Source of the DNA: Vicugna vicugna
Taxonomy: Eukaryota
Assembly (NCBI GenBank): GCA_013265495.1
Contig: MU058384.1
Coordinates: 1,799,690-1,863,689, forward strand
DNA length: 64,000 bases
Direction of reading: 5' to 3'
A program made the position numbers and the translations under genes. The notes under the pieces are model-generated. The model made no database searches. It had not been told where the DNA came from and was given only the letters and a program-made list of their open reading frames with translations. Every line of letters starts with the position of its first letter. Position 1 is the stretch's first letter. Of this stretch, positions 13,721-27,021 are shown one piece after another.

Positions 13721-15919
13721 CAGCAGCCCTACAAACTTTCAGATTTTACACAGCCTATTCATGGGGCTCTGCCAAGTGGGAGATATGGTTTATGTTAGCA
13801 ATAAGAGAATTTATTTTAGTTCTAGCAGCACAATTAGTTTTGGACCCAGAAAAAGTCAGTCAAGCTTAACCAAGCAGAATTTTTGTCATTGCATATATTA
13901 TTCAGAAATAATGCATTTGAATAGAAGCCTTGAATTAGAAACACAGAGAAGTTTGTCCAATTAATTATACCCGTATTTGAACAGGTTAATGTGTATTACA
14001 GTCCAGAGAATAAATATCTTTAACTCCTATTTAGTACACTATTTATAATTACACAATCCCCCAAGTGATAAAAACTAGATTCTACCAGAAAACTCTTTCC
14101 TTTTCTACTCAGCTGTATAGTACAGCATTCTATTTTTAACTGAGACATACTTATTTTGAATGTCTACTGTGACAGATCCTTTGTGGGATGGAGGTGGGGG
14201 CTGGGGTGAAAAATGATGGGAAAAGAAATTGTCCTGCCAGCTCCTGCAATGCACCTTCAGCTCCTATCAGCTTGCTGTTTTTCCCACATGTCTTCAGCCA
14301 GCGTATGGCAAAAATATCAGTTCACTTTCTCTTCCCTTCTTGAGTGAATTGAGGTCATCTCTTGTGCAGTCATTATTCTCTAAGGATTACCCTGTAGGAT
14401 GATTTGATTTCCTATTCTCTTGTCTACTCTTGTTCCCACCTACATCTCATTGATTCTCAGGAATAATGTCTTCCTCAGCTCCTTTGTATTTGCTCATGTA
14501 TATAACGAAAATTCAGTTTCTAAAGTGTTCTATTCCTGAATCTGAGACCTACCCCAGCAGCCTCACTTACGGACTGTATGACCAAGACAGTTATGTCCTC
14601 GTTGGCTTTAGCTTTCTCTTTTAGAAGAAAGGGATAATTATAACTGTCCTGCTTATTAATGGGTTTTGAAAGATCACAGGGGATCCTTGGAATATATGGA
14701 TTTAATGTTCATGGTTATTCATTCACAGGTGATTCCTGAAAGTTCCTGACATATACAGTAGATTGTCATCTTGAATTAGTACATGTTCAAGGATAGCACC
14801 TCAAGTAGCCACTCAGCTGGTGCCTGAGCTTCTGGACTGTCCAATAACTGTACCTTCTTCAGGCCTTTTGGTTCCCTTCTCATTGACAAAAATTCACATT
14901 AAGCAATAAAACCTTGTGAGTTTTTTTTTTTTTTTGTCAAACATGGACTCACTCAAGGAAGCCATCTGCAAATGTTGGAAAAATTGAAGAGAAAGTAAAG
15001 ACAGCTATGAAGTGATAATTATTAGTGAGAAAAATTAAGCTTTGAATATGTCAAAGAGTGGAATATTCAGCAGTGATTAATAACTATTTTGCAAATGATT
15101 CTGTCATACTTACTCACTATGGGAGGAAGAAAAAGATTGAAGAAACTATTTTAGCAAGTGCTTTAGCCAATGTAAGTGTGGAAATCTGTGGGGAAAAACT
15201 ATATGTTAAAGGAGTTTTGTAACTTGAAGGATTCCAGATGACTTCAGATGTACCTCTCTTCAATGTTAAGAGCCTGCTATAAAAGGCAGTGGTAGAAATG
15301 CTGGACACGTTATTATGTCCCATCCAATGAGTGTTGATCATAAAAAATTACCTTCAAATATTTTTAATGCTATATAAAAAGAGTAAGCATTTTAAACCCC
15401 CTAGAGCACATAGGAAAATATTAAGCAGATTGGATGTTTCCTGTGTTTGCTTAAAACTATTGATTTTTAAAGGCATACCTATAACTGTATAAATGCTCCT
15501 GCTTTTAATTTATATGTTTTCCTTCTATGACTCTATCCTAAGAAAGAAGTCCAAAATATGAAGTAATGTTTATGCATTACAATATTTGTTGCAGCTTTCC
15601 ATGTAGAGAAAAGCTTTCGGAAATAATCTAAATGTCCACTTTTAAGGGGATCATTCAATAAATCATGATTTAGATATGAAAGGAAAATGATGTGGTCTTT
15701 GGAAACTATGTATTAATAGACTAATGAAAAGTAGAAATGCTGTGACAAAATGTTAGGAAATTCATAATAAAAATCCATTTTACTGTCTGATCTAAACCTT
15801 GTAAAGATGTGTGTTCATAAAAGTCTGAATACAAATATGCTGAAATGATAACACAGTGGTTTTTGAACACTGGAATTAAGAGTTCTTTTTATTTTTTGTA
15901 ATTTCCAGTTTTTCTATTT

Positions 15920-16028
15920 TGTGTGTGTGTGTGTGTGTGTATAAAACATTTACGTGTGTATGTATATATGAATATGTGTGTGTATGTGTATATATACACA
16001 CATATATATATATATATAAAACATTTAC
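15920..16028. repeat. Compound (GT)n/(AT)n microsatellite with a 14-bp direct repeat
   Basis: (GT)10 at 15921-15940 and an AT/GT mosaic; tataaaacatttac occurs at 15940-15953 and 16015-16028. Confidence 0.9.
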
Positions 16029-16564
16029 AGTCAGAGAAAAAATGTTTTAAATCATGTTTCTCTAAAAATTAACAACATTGTCCACAGGAATGACTTGTCA
16101 TGAATAAATGAGACACTACCCCAATGTCAGAAACTAGAATATTTGTTGACAATCTACATCATCTATACCCTACAGGTTTGTAAATGTCTCCAGCTTCCTG
16201 TCTGCCACTTATGAAATCAGGCTGTCTATAACTTTTGAGTGTTTCTATAACCAATAAAACAGAAATTACTGACAACATGAAGAAAAAACTTCCAGATGCC
16301 TGTTATTATCCAAAGTATTTATTTACAAATATCTGACTAACTAAATACTAGGTACTGTGTGAGTTAGGGGCTGGGGAGACAAGATAAAACAAGTAATGCA
16401 GAGTTTACAGTCTAATGGGAGAGGTAAATGTGAAGGAAATAATTATTTAACCTGAAGCCCGAGAGATTAGTGAGTGTTAGTGAAACCAAGATGAGGGCTG
16501 AGCTGGGCTCGAGGCAGTATCTGTAACAGCTCTGGAGGCAAGAAAGTGAGAAGCTGGCGCTCTC

Positions 16565-16924
16565 TAATACCCAGTTTGCCGTCCCTTGCCTTCTCAGAGG
16601 ACTATACTTTTCAGTCCCCTTGCAACTGGGCAAAGCCATGTGACTAATTCTGTCCACTAAAATATGCACAGGAGGGGCATCAGCACTTCCAGGCTAAAGC
16701 AGTCTCTCCTTCCCTGAACTTTAACTGAGGAGGCCATGTGTTCTAGAGGGTACAGTTCCCAGGACCTCAATTACTGAGCTACCACACGGATAGCAGTTGC
16801 CCTGGAGAGCTGCCAGGGCCCACAGCAGACTGCATTGACAAGAAATACATTTTTATTGTGTTCAGTTGCAGAGAACGTGGGGTTGTTTATTTCTAGTATA
16901 ACCCAACCTATTCTGTCTTAAACA
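16565..16924 (+). mobile_element. ERVL-MaLR LTR (MLT1I/J-like)
   Basis: cccttgcaactgggcaaagccatgtgactaattctgtcca...cacttccaggctaaagca...agaaatacatttttattgtgtt...ggggttgtttatt...taacccaacctattctgtcttaaaca. Confidence 0.75.
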
Positions 16925-17088
16925 GGGAGTTTGAAGGTCAAAAGTGTGATTGAATCAAATAAGTATACCATGTTTAGCAGAAGAGTTGTCCATGTGGAAA
17001 TAGGTGTTAATTACATCCGCTGTGGCTGACATCATTATAACACGGTCTCTATGGAGAAGTATTCACCACCGTTATAAGTTGTGCTCAC

Positions 17089-17337
17089 TCTCCAGTTCTC
17101 AAATCTCCCCCACAGTACATGTCTGGAACATGTTTTTGCCAGTCCCATTTGTTTAATTTCTGGTCGATCTTCCCCAGTTGCAGTTATGCTTGAAGTATAC
17201 TTCACAAACGACTGCCACCAACCACTTACTAACTGGTTCCACACTCTTTCTTTGAAGATACCTCTAATCAATGTAAAACTTGCATTTTAATATCCAGCCT
17301 GAAGTTTCTTTGCTTCACTTTTCTCAAATTCTGTCAT
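17089..17337 (-). pseudogene. Exon relic (83 codons, 1 stop)
   Basis: attag|ATG ... AGA|gtgagc; MTEFEKSEAKKLQAGY*NASFTLIRGIFKERVWNQLVSGWWQSFVKYTSSITATGEDRPEIKQMGLAKTCSRHVLWGRFENWR. Confidence 0.5.
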
Positions 17338-17550
17338 CTAATCTATTTTCCAAGTGCAAAATAAACAACATAAAGAGAAGTCACAGAAATGAAAACTACC
17401 ATGCTATAACACATAGTCAACTCAGCTCAGAATGGCACCCTGGGGAGCACTTGGGGCACGCTACAGAAAAGTGCACTGCAGGTTATAGTTTGCTGAGCTA
17501 GTCTTCACTGTCTGAACATATAACAATAGCCAACATTACATGAGGCTTAC

Positions 17551-17796
17551 CATATTTAACAGGCTAGAACCAGAACAGGCACCTCCCATCAATCACACAA
17601 AATTGAGAACTGAAAGAACTACATCCAATTTCAACTTTACAATATCGGAATTCGCAACACATTTCCTTCTTCATTCAGAACTTCATGTCACTTGCATCTA
17701 CCCCTCAGTTTACAAACTCAACAATTCACAGATTCTTCCCACTTGTGATCTCCCCAAACCAGATAATCAACAATAAAAACTATGTAGTCATTTCCC
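17551..17796 (-). pseudogene. Exon relic
   Basis: ctcgttag|G GGA AAT GAC ... ATG|gtaagc; GNDYIVFIVDYLVWGDHKWEESVNC*VCKLRGRCK*HEVLNEEGNVLRIPIL. The first base completes a TG|G Trp codon with the preceding exon. Probably frameshifted distally. Confidence 0.5.
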
Positions 17797-17947
17797 CTAA
17801 CGAGATGTCATTTCAGAATTGAAATTTTCTTTTGCTTCTGTAAGTTTACAATGCTCATTTGTTTATATCATAACATGTTTCTTTATTTGAAGAGGAGGCT
17901 CTCCACAGTTTGGAGAACCTACTAAGATTCAGGTTGGACCTCCTTAC

Positions 17948-18110
17948 CATGAACCAGGATCCCTGATCCAGACAACTTCTGTGTGCAATCCTCAAGCTCT
18001 GTATGTCTCTTTTGCTTGAGATTCTAGGCCTATGATGGAGAGACGAATCATACGCTGAGTCTAAGATACGATTTCCCTGAAGTTTTCAACACTGAATTTA
18101 ATTTTTTTCC
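17948..18110 (-). pseudogene. Exon relic (163 nt)
   Basis: cattttctcag|GG ... TG|gtaagg; KKIKFSVENFREIVS*TQRMIRLSIIGLESQAKETYRA*GLHTEVVWIRDPGS(W). Confidence 0.55.
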
Positions 18111-20556
18111 CTGAGAAAATGTTTTACTTATTTATGTATTGAACTTTCTGATCAGACTTGTTTTACTAAAACTTCTTGATGATATTGTGTTCTCTATCTA
18201 ACCTCAACTTCATATTACTCTGTCTTCTCATAAACATTTGTCAATAAGGGGGGAGGGGAAATGACATTGAATGATCAACAGACAGAGTTCCAGTAAGTGT
18301 AAGTCCATGACAAAAACCAGCTCCAAGGACTTCTGCTTATGGCCAAGATGGAGCAACAGGGGCTAGTGTCTCCCTCTTGTCTGAAACAACCAAAACAAAG
18401 GGACAAAATACATGAAACAAGAGATTTCCAGATACGGGGTATCAGGCAATGAAGAACACTGATCACTGAGAAATGGGAAACAAGTAAAGTGAATCCTGAT
18501 TGCCTCAGCTTACAGCCTTGAGAGAGTTTCTGGCCACAGCACAGGAAAGGAGGAGCTTGGCTGACTCTCTGAGTTGAGGAGACAGAATTAAGAAAGAGTC
18601 TGGGGACAATAAGGAGGCTAGAGTTCACAGGACAGAGTACTGGAAATTGCTACTGGGAAAGTATTACCCAAAAGGGTTAGCACTAACAGTGGTTGGTGCT
18701 CATCCAGGACTGGAAATAGCGCCTGTTCTCACTAGCCAGAGGAAAAGCATCATATTAAGCACAGAAGACACAGATAAGGATGACAGTAGATTTCTTGTAA
18801 GAAACAATGCAAGTGAGAAGACAGAGATGCAATATCTTAAACTTGAAAAACCCTGCCAACCTAAATTCTATACCAAGCAACATGTATTTTAAGAATGAAG
18901 GCGAAATAAAGACTCTCCCAGATATACAAAGGCTGAAAAAATTCATCACCAACAGACCTGCTGTCTAAGAAATATTAAAGGAAGTTCTTCAGGTGGAAAC
19001 ACATGAGGAAAAAAAAAAAGATGGAACAAATAGAAAACAAATGGCAAAATGATAAACAACTGTATATCAAGAATCACTTAACTATATCACCTAACTATAT
19101 CAATAATCACTTAAATGTAAACTGCTAAAACATCCCAATGAAAAAGCAGACTGTCAAGTCAGATTTTTTTTAGATGCAAGGCCTATGTATATACTAGTGC
19201 ATGTGTGTGCGTGTATTTATATTTATATATGAAGTAAAAGGATAGAAAAGGCTGTGCTGTGCTAACCCTAATTAAAAGAAAGTTGGAGTGACTATATTAG
19301 TATCGGACACAATGAATTTCAAAGCAAAAAATATTATCAGAAACTTTTTAAAGGTTATCTCATAATGATAAAAGGGCTAATTCATCAAGAAGGCATCAAA
19401 ATATCTAAATTTATGTACTCAACAACAAAATACATGAAGCAAAAACTGCTAGAACTACAGGAGAAGTAGACAAATCCACAACAGGTGATTTAAATATTCC
19501 ACTTACAAGAGTCAACAGAACAAATAGAAAATCTATAAAGACATATATGAATTAATATAATCAACCAACTTAATTGATACTTAGAGAACATTCCACCTAA
19601 CAAAAGCAAAGTATGCATTCTTTTTAAGAGTGCATGAAACATTTACCAAGATAGGCCACATTCTGTGTTATAAAAAGTCTCAATAAATTAAAAAAAATTA
19701 ACTCATACAAAGGATGACCTCTGACCATAATAGAGTTATTAGAAATTAATGACAGCAAGATCACTAGAAAAGCTTAAAATATGTCAAAACTAAATGACAT
19801 ATTTCTAAATAACCCATGAATCAAATAATAAATTAATAGGGAAATTTCAAAGCATTTTAAACTGAATAAAAGTAAAAAGAAACTATTTCCTAATTTGTGG
19901 AATGACTCTAAAAAGTATTTAGAGGAAATTTATAGCATTAGAAACTAAAATCCAGGTAACAGAGAAAGAAAATAATAAAGATCAGATCAGAAAGCAACGA
20001 AATAGAAAGAAAACCAACAGAGAAAATCGATAAAGCCAAAAGCTGGTTCTTCGAGAAAATAAAAAAGATTGGCAAAATTAGTCAGACTAATCAGTTAAAA
20101 AAAGGAAGCAGTCACAAATGATTAATATCCACAATGAGAAGTGATAACAGTCTAAATTCAACAGGTATTAAAAGGATAATAAAGGAATATTATTAAAAAC
20201 TTTATGCCAATAAATTTGACAACTTAGATGAAATATAAAAAATCCTTGAAACTCACAAACTTCAAGAATAGACAACCTGAATAGTCCTATGTCTCTCAAA
20301 GAAACTGAATTTGGAGCTAAAAACTTTCCCACAGAGGAAACTTCAGGCCCAGGTATTATTACTGGTAAAATCTACCAAAAGTCTAAGAAAGAAATTATAC
20401 CAATTACATACAAAACATTGCAGCAAATTGAAGGAGTACTTCCCAAGCCATTCAATGACACAAGCATTACCCTATACCAAAATGAGACCAAGAATACAAG
20501 AATACTACAGATCAACACTTCTCATGACATAGATGTAAAACAACTGAAGAAAAAAA

Positions 20557-21189
20557 ATTTTTTTAGAAAACATCTTTGAGATATAAATACCATACTGTTT
20601 ACTCCTTTGAAATATACAAGTCTACATTTAGTAAATGCACACTTTCATACCATCACCACCATCCAATTTCAGAACATTTCTATCACCTCAAAATTTCCCC
20701 CTTGCCTGTTTGCTGTCAATCTCTACTCCTAAACCCCTGGTTCCAGAGAAACACTGACCTGTTTGTCTCTACAGCTTTGTCTTTAATACAAACTTTGTAT
20801 AAATGGAAACAGATAATATACAGTCTCTTGTTTCTGGCTTCTTTCACTTAGCATAATGTTTTTGAGATTCATCCATGTTGGATATATTTGTAATTCATTC
20901 CTTTCTATTGTTGTATTATATTCCTTTGTATGAATTTACTACATGTCAATTATCCATTCACGAGTTGATGGACATTGGATTATTTCTAGGTTGTGGATTT
21001 CAGGAATAACAACACTATGAACATTCACATTCAAGTCATTTTTGGGGCAAATGCCCAGGGGTGGAATTCCTGGCTTATATACAAGTGAATATTGTATTCC
21101 AAACAGACTGTACCATTTTACATTTCCTTCAGTATTGTATAAGGGTTCCCATTTCTCTATGTCCTCAACAATACCTGACAATGTCATTC
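20557..21189 (-). mobile_element. Antisense L1M(B)-type 3' fragment nested in the host L1
   Basis: Reverse L1 3' UTR (catcaccaccatccaatttcagaacatttc...tttctggcttctttcacttagcataatgtttttgagattcatccatgttg) and ORF2 C-terminal remnant at 20939-21187. Confidence 0.75.
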
Positions 21190-21995
21190 TTTTTTTTTTT
21201 AATTGAAGTGTTGTTGATTTATAATATTAGTTTCAGGTGTACAGCAAGGCAATTCAGTTATATATATATATATATTTCAGGTTCTTTTCCACTATGTGTT
21301 ATTACAAGAAATTGAATACAGTTCCCCATGCTATACAGTAGGTCCTTGTTGTTTACCTATTTTATATACAGTAATGTATATCTGTTAATCCCAAACTCCT
21401 AATTTATCCCTCCCTTGCCCTTTCCTTTTTGGTAAACAATGTTTGTTTTCTATATCCATAAGTCTATTTTGGTTTGTAAATGAGATTTGTATCATTTTTT
21501 TTAGATTCCACATATAAGTGATATCATATGATATTTGTCTTTCTCTGTCTGATTTACTTCACTTAATATGATAATCTCTAGGTCAATCCATGATGTTGTA
21601 AATGGCATTATTTCATTCTTTTTTATAGCTGAGTAATATTCTATTGTATAAATATACCACATCTTCTTTATCCAGTCATCAGTTGATGGACATTTAGGTT
21701 GTTTACATGTCTTGGCTATTGTAAATAGTGCTGCTGTGAACATTGGGGTGCATGTGTCTTCTCGAATTATAGTTTTCTCCAGATGTACACCAGAAGAGGG
21801 ATTGCTGGATCATAGGGTAAGTCTATTTTTACTTTTTTAAGGAAACTCCATACTGCCTTCCATAGTGGCTTCACCAATTTACATTCCCACCAACAATGTA
21901 GGAGAGTCCCTTTTTCTCCACACCCTCTCCACCATTTATTATTTGCAGACTTTAAGTAATGGCCATCCTGACTGGTGTGAAGTGATATCTCATTT
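21190..21995 (-). mobile_element. Younger artiodactyl/camelid-type L1 3' fragment (antisense), nested
   Basis: Poly-T head, reverse 3' UTR, and ORF 21501-21743 [44 protein letters not shown], which is the L1 ORF2 C-terminus. Confidence 0.9.
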
Positions 21996-24416
21996 GAACA
22001 AATATTTTAGCAAATTGAATCCAGAAATGTATTTTAAAGCCATCATAACCAAGAGAGAGGGTTTATCCCATTAATGCAACAATGGTTTAACATTTAAAAA
22101 ATGAATTAATTTAATTCACCTTATCAACAAACTAAAAAGAAAAAACACATGATAATCTAAATAAGTGCAGAAAAAGCATTTAACAAAAACCCAACTTCCA
22201 TTCCTGATAAAAAATTTTCTCATCCAGAGAAAGGGAAAACGTTCATCAGTGAAAAACCTACAGCTAACATCATTCTTAATAATGAAAAATGAATACTTTT
22301 CCCCTAAGATTAGAAACAAGACAAGGATGTCCACCCTCACCACTTTTAGCCACCACTTTACCAGAGGCTCTAGCCAGTGCAAAAGGTAAAAAGGAAAAAT
22401 AAATAAGTAAAAGACACTCAGATTAGAAAGGAAGAAATTAGACTGTATTTGCAGATAACATGATTATCTATGTAGAAAACCCTATGGAACTGATTAAAAA
22501 ACTACTAGAACAAGTAAATGAGTTTAGCAAGGTTCAAGACACAAGATCAATACACAAAATCAACTGAAGTTCTATATACTACTGACAAGTAATTAGAAAT
22601 TTTATAATAGCATAAAAATGTGAAATAAGGATAAATCTAGCAAAAGGTGTGAAAGACTAACACAATGAAAACTACACTGCTGAGAGAGAGAAATAGTAGA
22701 ACTTCTAAATACATGAAAAGATAATATGTTCTTGGGTTGGAAGACTCAATATTGTTAAGTTGCCAATTCTTCTCAAGTTGATCTATAGATTCAATGCAAC
22801 TCCAATCAAAATCCCAGGAGGCATTTTTTTTGTGTGGAAATTGACAAGTTGATTTTAAATTTCAAATACAAAGTTTAAAGGAAGTATAATGGAACTAAAA
22901 AAGCCAAAATAAAGTAGAAAAAATAGCACAAAGTTGGAGGGCTTTCACAACCATATTTTAAGACCTAGTATAAAGCTGTAGTTAATCAAGATGGTATATG
23001 TTTGGCACAAAGATTGACAACTACATTAATGGTGTATAGATAGACAAACAAATTAATGGAAAAGAATTAAAGTCCAGAAATATACTTGCAAATATAAGGG
23101 AAACTGATTCTCAACACAGATAACAAGGGAGAAAGTATAGTCTTTTCAACAAATATCCTGAAATAATTGTAAATCCATATGCAAAAATATGAATTTTGAC
23201 ACATATATCTCAACATGCACAAAAATTAACTCAAATGGGATTACAGGCCTAAATGTAAATCTTAACACCTGCGCACTTCTAGAAGAAAGTATAGGGCAAA
23301 ATATCTGTAACCTCAGGTTAGGCAAGAATGTCTTAGATATAACCACAAAAGTACAATATTTTGTTTTAAACTTAAGAAATTCTGCTTTTTGAAAGACACT
23401 AAGAGAATGAGAAGCCACAGACTGAGAAAAAAAAATGTTTGCAAATCATATATCTGATAAAGGGCTTGCATTTAGGTTATACAAAGAACTCACATAACAA
23501 CCCAATTTAAAAATGGGCAGAAAGACTTGATTCAACAGACATGTCACCAAAAAAAAGAAAAAAAATACATAGATGATAAGTAAACACAAAAGCTGTTCAA
23601 TGCCATTAGTCATTAGGGAAATGCAAATTAAAACAACAATGAGGTATTACCACACACCTATTAAAGTGGCTAAAATTAAAAACATTGGCCATACAAGGGA
23701 TGGTGAGTATACAGAGGATCAGAACTCTCATACACTGATGATGAAAATATAAAGTGATACAAACACTTTGGAAAACAGTTTAGTAGTTTCTTTAAAAAGT
23801 TAAATATATACATACCATACAATGCAGCTATTCCACACCTAGATACTTACTCAATGAAAAACAAATCATTTATCCACACAAAGATTTGAATATGAACGTG
23901 CACAGTTGCTGTATTTGTAACAGCCAAAATCTGAAAATCACTCCAATGTCGACGTACAGGTGAGTGGATAGACAACTGGTGGTATATACCCATGTAACAG
24001 AATACACATCAGCGATTAAAAACAAAAGAACTCTTGACACACACAACAACATGGTTGAATCTCACAATATTTATGTTGAGAGAAAGAATCCAGAGAGAAA
24101 AGAATACATATATTCCATTTATATTACATTCTAGAAAACATCAACTAATCTATAGTGAGAAGAAACAGATCAAAGGTTGCCTGTAGACACAGGGGTGGAG
24201 AGAAACCAAAAAGCAGAAAGGAGGTATTACCAAAGGGCATGAGGAATCTTCTGGAAGTGATGGATATTTTCATTATCTTGATTGTGGATTCGTTTATGAA
24301 TGTATATACATATCAAACTTACCAAATGTTATGCTTTAACTATGTGCATTTTATTTCATGCCAGCTATAACTCAACAAATCTCACAAGCTAAGGTTCCCC
24401 ACTAGATGAAATTTAC

Positions 24417-24592
24417 TTTGGGTCATCCATCCAAAAATCTTAAAAGGCTTGTTTTTCCTCTTTTCTATGTTTACAACTCTGGGAGTTTAAATTGGGAAAC
24501 AAATATTCACAAATTCTATCTTCTGAAGCCCACAAATTATCAAGTCTGTTGTCAGAGATTACCAACCACTGGCGAGGAGCTCAAGATACAAG
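24417..24592 (-). pseudogene. Exon relic (176 nt)
   Basis: gttcattctatag| ... CCCAAA|gtaaat. One frame reads APRQWLVISDNRLDNLWASEDRICEYLFPNLNSQSCKHRKEEKQAF*DFWMDDP. Frame is ambiguous. Confidence 0.4.
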
Positions 24593-24689
24593 CTATAGAA
24601 TGAACACGTTAGACTGACCACGATCATTTCTCCAGAGGTAATCTCAGTCCAAGCTTGCACTTTTGCAAAGTCAGACACCTGCTTCTTAC

Positions 24690-24890
24690 ATGTAGTATCA
24701 TCGTTACTCAAATTCTTGTACAAGTCTCACAAAATGGCACTGTTCCACCAATGGTGATTTGAACCACAGTGGCCACTTTAGATGAACTCTAGGTATTTCC
24801 AAAATTGCCCATCTTAAAGTCATCTTAGAATAAATGGGCAAATTCTTAATGTCAAATATACTGTTTCTTTTGATTGGTATGGAGAAGCTT
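24690..24890 (-). pseudogene. Exon relic (201 nt)
   Basis: attttgcttag|A ... AT|gtaaga; SFSIPIKRNSIFDIKNLPIYSKMTLRWAILEIPRVHLKWPLWFKSPLVEQCHFVRLVQEFE is open for about 60 codons. Separated from its neighbours by introns of about 100 nt. Confidence 0.5.
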
Positions 24891-24992
24891 CTAAGCAAAA
24901 TTCTGATTTTATAACAGCTTTAATCATAAGGAAAGCACCAAAAACCCACAGCTTAGTTCAGTCTCTCTTTTGATCTAGTGGCAAAGACCCAC

Positions 24993-25135
24993 CTTGCCTC
25001 AAGGCTGTAGCAGTCACTGCCAAATTCATGGTGCCTTCTGCTGGCACAGTTTCAGGGTCTTTCTTGGAGGTAATGCTATACAATTTTGGCACTTAACTGA
25101 AAATACACAATATTTCCAGCAAGCTGGCTTACATT
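24993..25135 (-). pseudogene. Exon relic (143 nt)
   Basis: ttttactatcttacag| ... AAG|gtgggt. The phase-0 reading NVSQLAGNIVYFQLSAKIV*HYLQERP*NCASRRHHEFGSDCYSLEA(R) is phase-compatible with both flanking relics. Confidence 0.5.
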
Positions 25136-26748
25136 CTGTAAGATAGTAAAACTATTTGTAATTAACTTTGTTAATTACTAGCTAGTATTCTAACGCTTTA
25201 TGCCTTGCTACTTCATTTCTCAGATGGAGACAAGCACACAACTTGGGGTGACATAATCCACAACACCTCCCTAAAGTTAGATGCACTTGAACAAAATTGA
25301 CATTTAAGGGAAGAAGTCTAAATTGAATGAGTTTACTCTGAAGTAATTTTTTTTAAATCCTGATTTGATGAGGCTTATTCTGAATTAGCAAAATTAAATT
25401 TTTCATTACAGACGGAAATTAGCATTTGTGATAGAAAGCAAATTTGGTTACAGAAAAAATTTTAAAGTTCTATTTTATGCACAGTTAGGTCACAGACTGA
25501 TACATTTGCATCCACCAAAAAAGCATCAGTTCCTTCTGGGAGGAGGAACCAGGCTCTGGGTGGTCTCACTTGGACAATGACAGAGTGAGTTGTACAAGCT
25601 CCTGGACAGTTTCAAATTAGAACTTAAAATAAATTCCACTGCAAGGATAAAGGAGATTATGGAACAAGTTGGTTGAAGGCTTTGGGACAGAAACAGGAAT
25701 TTAAGCCAGAATTCACACCTAAGTTTATTTGCATCTAAACCTAGGCTCTCTTTATCCATCTGAAGAGGTAGCCCAGAGTTTGAAATCCACCTCACCAGCT
25801 TGCCGTCTGGGCATCATTGTCTCTTATGTAAAAGAGGAGGTTGTAGTGATATGTATGATAGCATCTGTAAATCTCTGATCTTACACATTGTGTTTAAAAT
25901 TATAACTATTTATCCAGCAGAATGCCAGGTGATATGTGAAGAGCCCGAGGAGCCAACAAAAAAAGAGACTTTTAACCTAACGATCAGTTTTCTGGCCAAG
26001 GAGAATTTACACCCAAATTGGCAGGAAAGAGGCAGCAGGATTTTCTAACTGCCTGTACACGATTAGCTGGAAGTCACAGGGCGTCAGAAGAGTATTTATA
26101 TTTGCTTTTTCAGCTCCTGTCTACAGTGTTACTCTCCACCTAAATAAAGCATGCAGGTGCTTTGTTCAGACCAGTTCTAAATGCCTGCAGAACTAATGGC
26201 CCCACCTTTTAGAGATTATTACTTCACCGACCTCTGTTGGGAGACAAACTAATAGAACTTCCCATGAAGCGTATGACTCTCCTGGATCTGAATTCATGTA
26301 TTTTCCTCTGTAGCCTGATTTAATTTCTTTTTTATATTCACCAGTGTTTAATGATTTCACTTTGATTTATTCTCGTGTTTTACTTTGACTCATGTTTTCA
26401 GGCCATTTCATTTTACCACCCAGCTTCCCTCCCCTCCACACCTCTGTCACCAAAACAAATAAAAACCTTTCAAAAAACCTTTTTTGGAGTATGAATCTAA
26501 ATTACAGCCTCACTCTTATATTATATCCTCCAAGATTACAAAAATCAATACAAATATTCTTCTTTTGACACAGATTTCACCCTCGCATCAGTGAAAGAAA
26601 CATAAGATGATTTTGGGTGTTGATTTTTTTGAAGATGAAGATGCCTGGGGAGAGGTCTGTTTGATGGAAGATGAGTCACATTTGGCAAAGGTTTAAGTGA
26701 AACAACGAGTTTGATAAATCTGTCCAAGGCTTAAGAATATTCAGATAC

Positions 26749-27021
26749 CTTTTCTTCCCAAGAAAATCCCCCACGGATCTCTTCAGGAACAAAAGCTTCT
26801 CTACAATGGTTCCAAATGATTCAGACATAACTTCCTGCATATGCCACCAAAGGGATTTCTTTACTTTTAGTAAGAACTTTAGCCAGCTTGCCAAATTCTT
26901 CAGCATAACAAAATTATAGGCCACTTCCCTCTTGGGCATGCTGAAATGACGAAAATTGTTCAGAGAAAATTGAAACCCCGATAATTGATTTTCTTGCTAT
27001 TTTCAAAAGACCCAAACCTTT
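26749..27021 (-). pseudogene. Exon relic (273 nt)
   Basis: ttttattgcag| ... AAG|gtatct. Phase-0 reading: KGLGLLKIARKSIIGVSIFSEQFSSFQHAQEGSGL*FCYAEEFGKLAKVLTKSKEIPLVAYAGSYV*IIWNHCREAFVPEEIRGGFSWEEK. An alternative frame (MPKREVAYNF...) also has only 2 stops. Confidence 0.55.

Larger units (their letters stand above)
18327..24380 (+). mobile_element. Old L1M-type LINE (L1MD/L1MC-like), degraded, with 5' region, ORF2 remnants and 3' UTR
   Basis: 5' ggacttctgcttatggccaagatgg. ORF2 remnants, e.g. 20289-20579 ETSGPGIITGKIYQ..EIIPI and 23189-23392 TCTKINSNGITGLNV. L1M 3' UTR gggcatgaggaatcttctggaagtgatggatatttt... Confidence 0.85.

Noticed and set aside
14676..15340. Ancient Tigger-like DNA transposon fragment
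   Set aside because: Only vague resemblance at the start and in a short HTH-like stretch; not confident enough to list.
16985..17120. DEAH-helicase motif III-like RVIMMSATADVINTYF on the minus strand
   Set aside because: Spacing to YF and to a putative motif II is wrong, the frame has several stops, and most of it lies past the apparent donor at 17088. Probably coincidence.
17740..18060. OTU-protease-like or Tudor-like similarity of WIRDPGSWGND
   Set aside because: No catalytic D-x-x-C or HY motif at suitable spacing, and no Tudor aromatic cage. Too weak to call without a profile search.
26820..26900. NB-ARC GLPLA-like motif in IPLVAYAGSYV
   Set aside because: It lies roughly 600 residues from the Walker A-like motif, too far for the same NB-ARC domain, and the frame of this exon is ambiguous.
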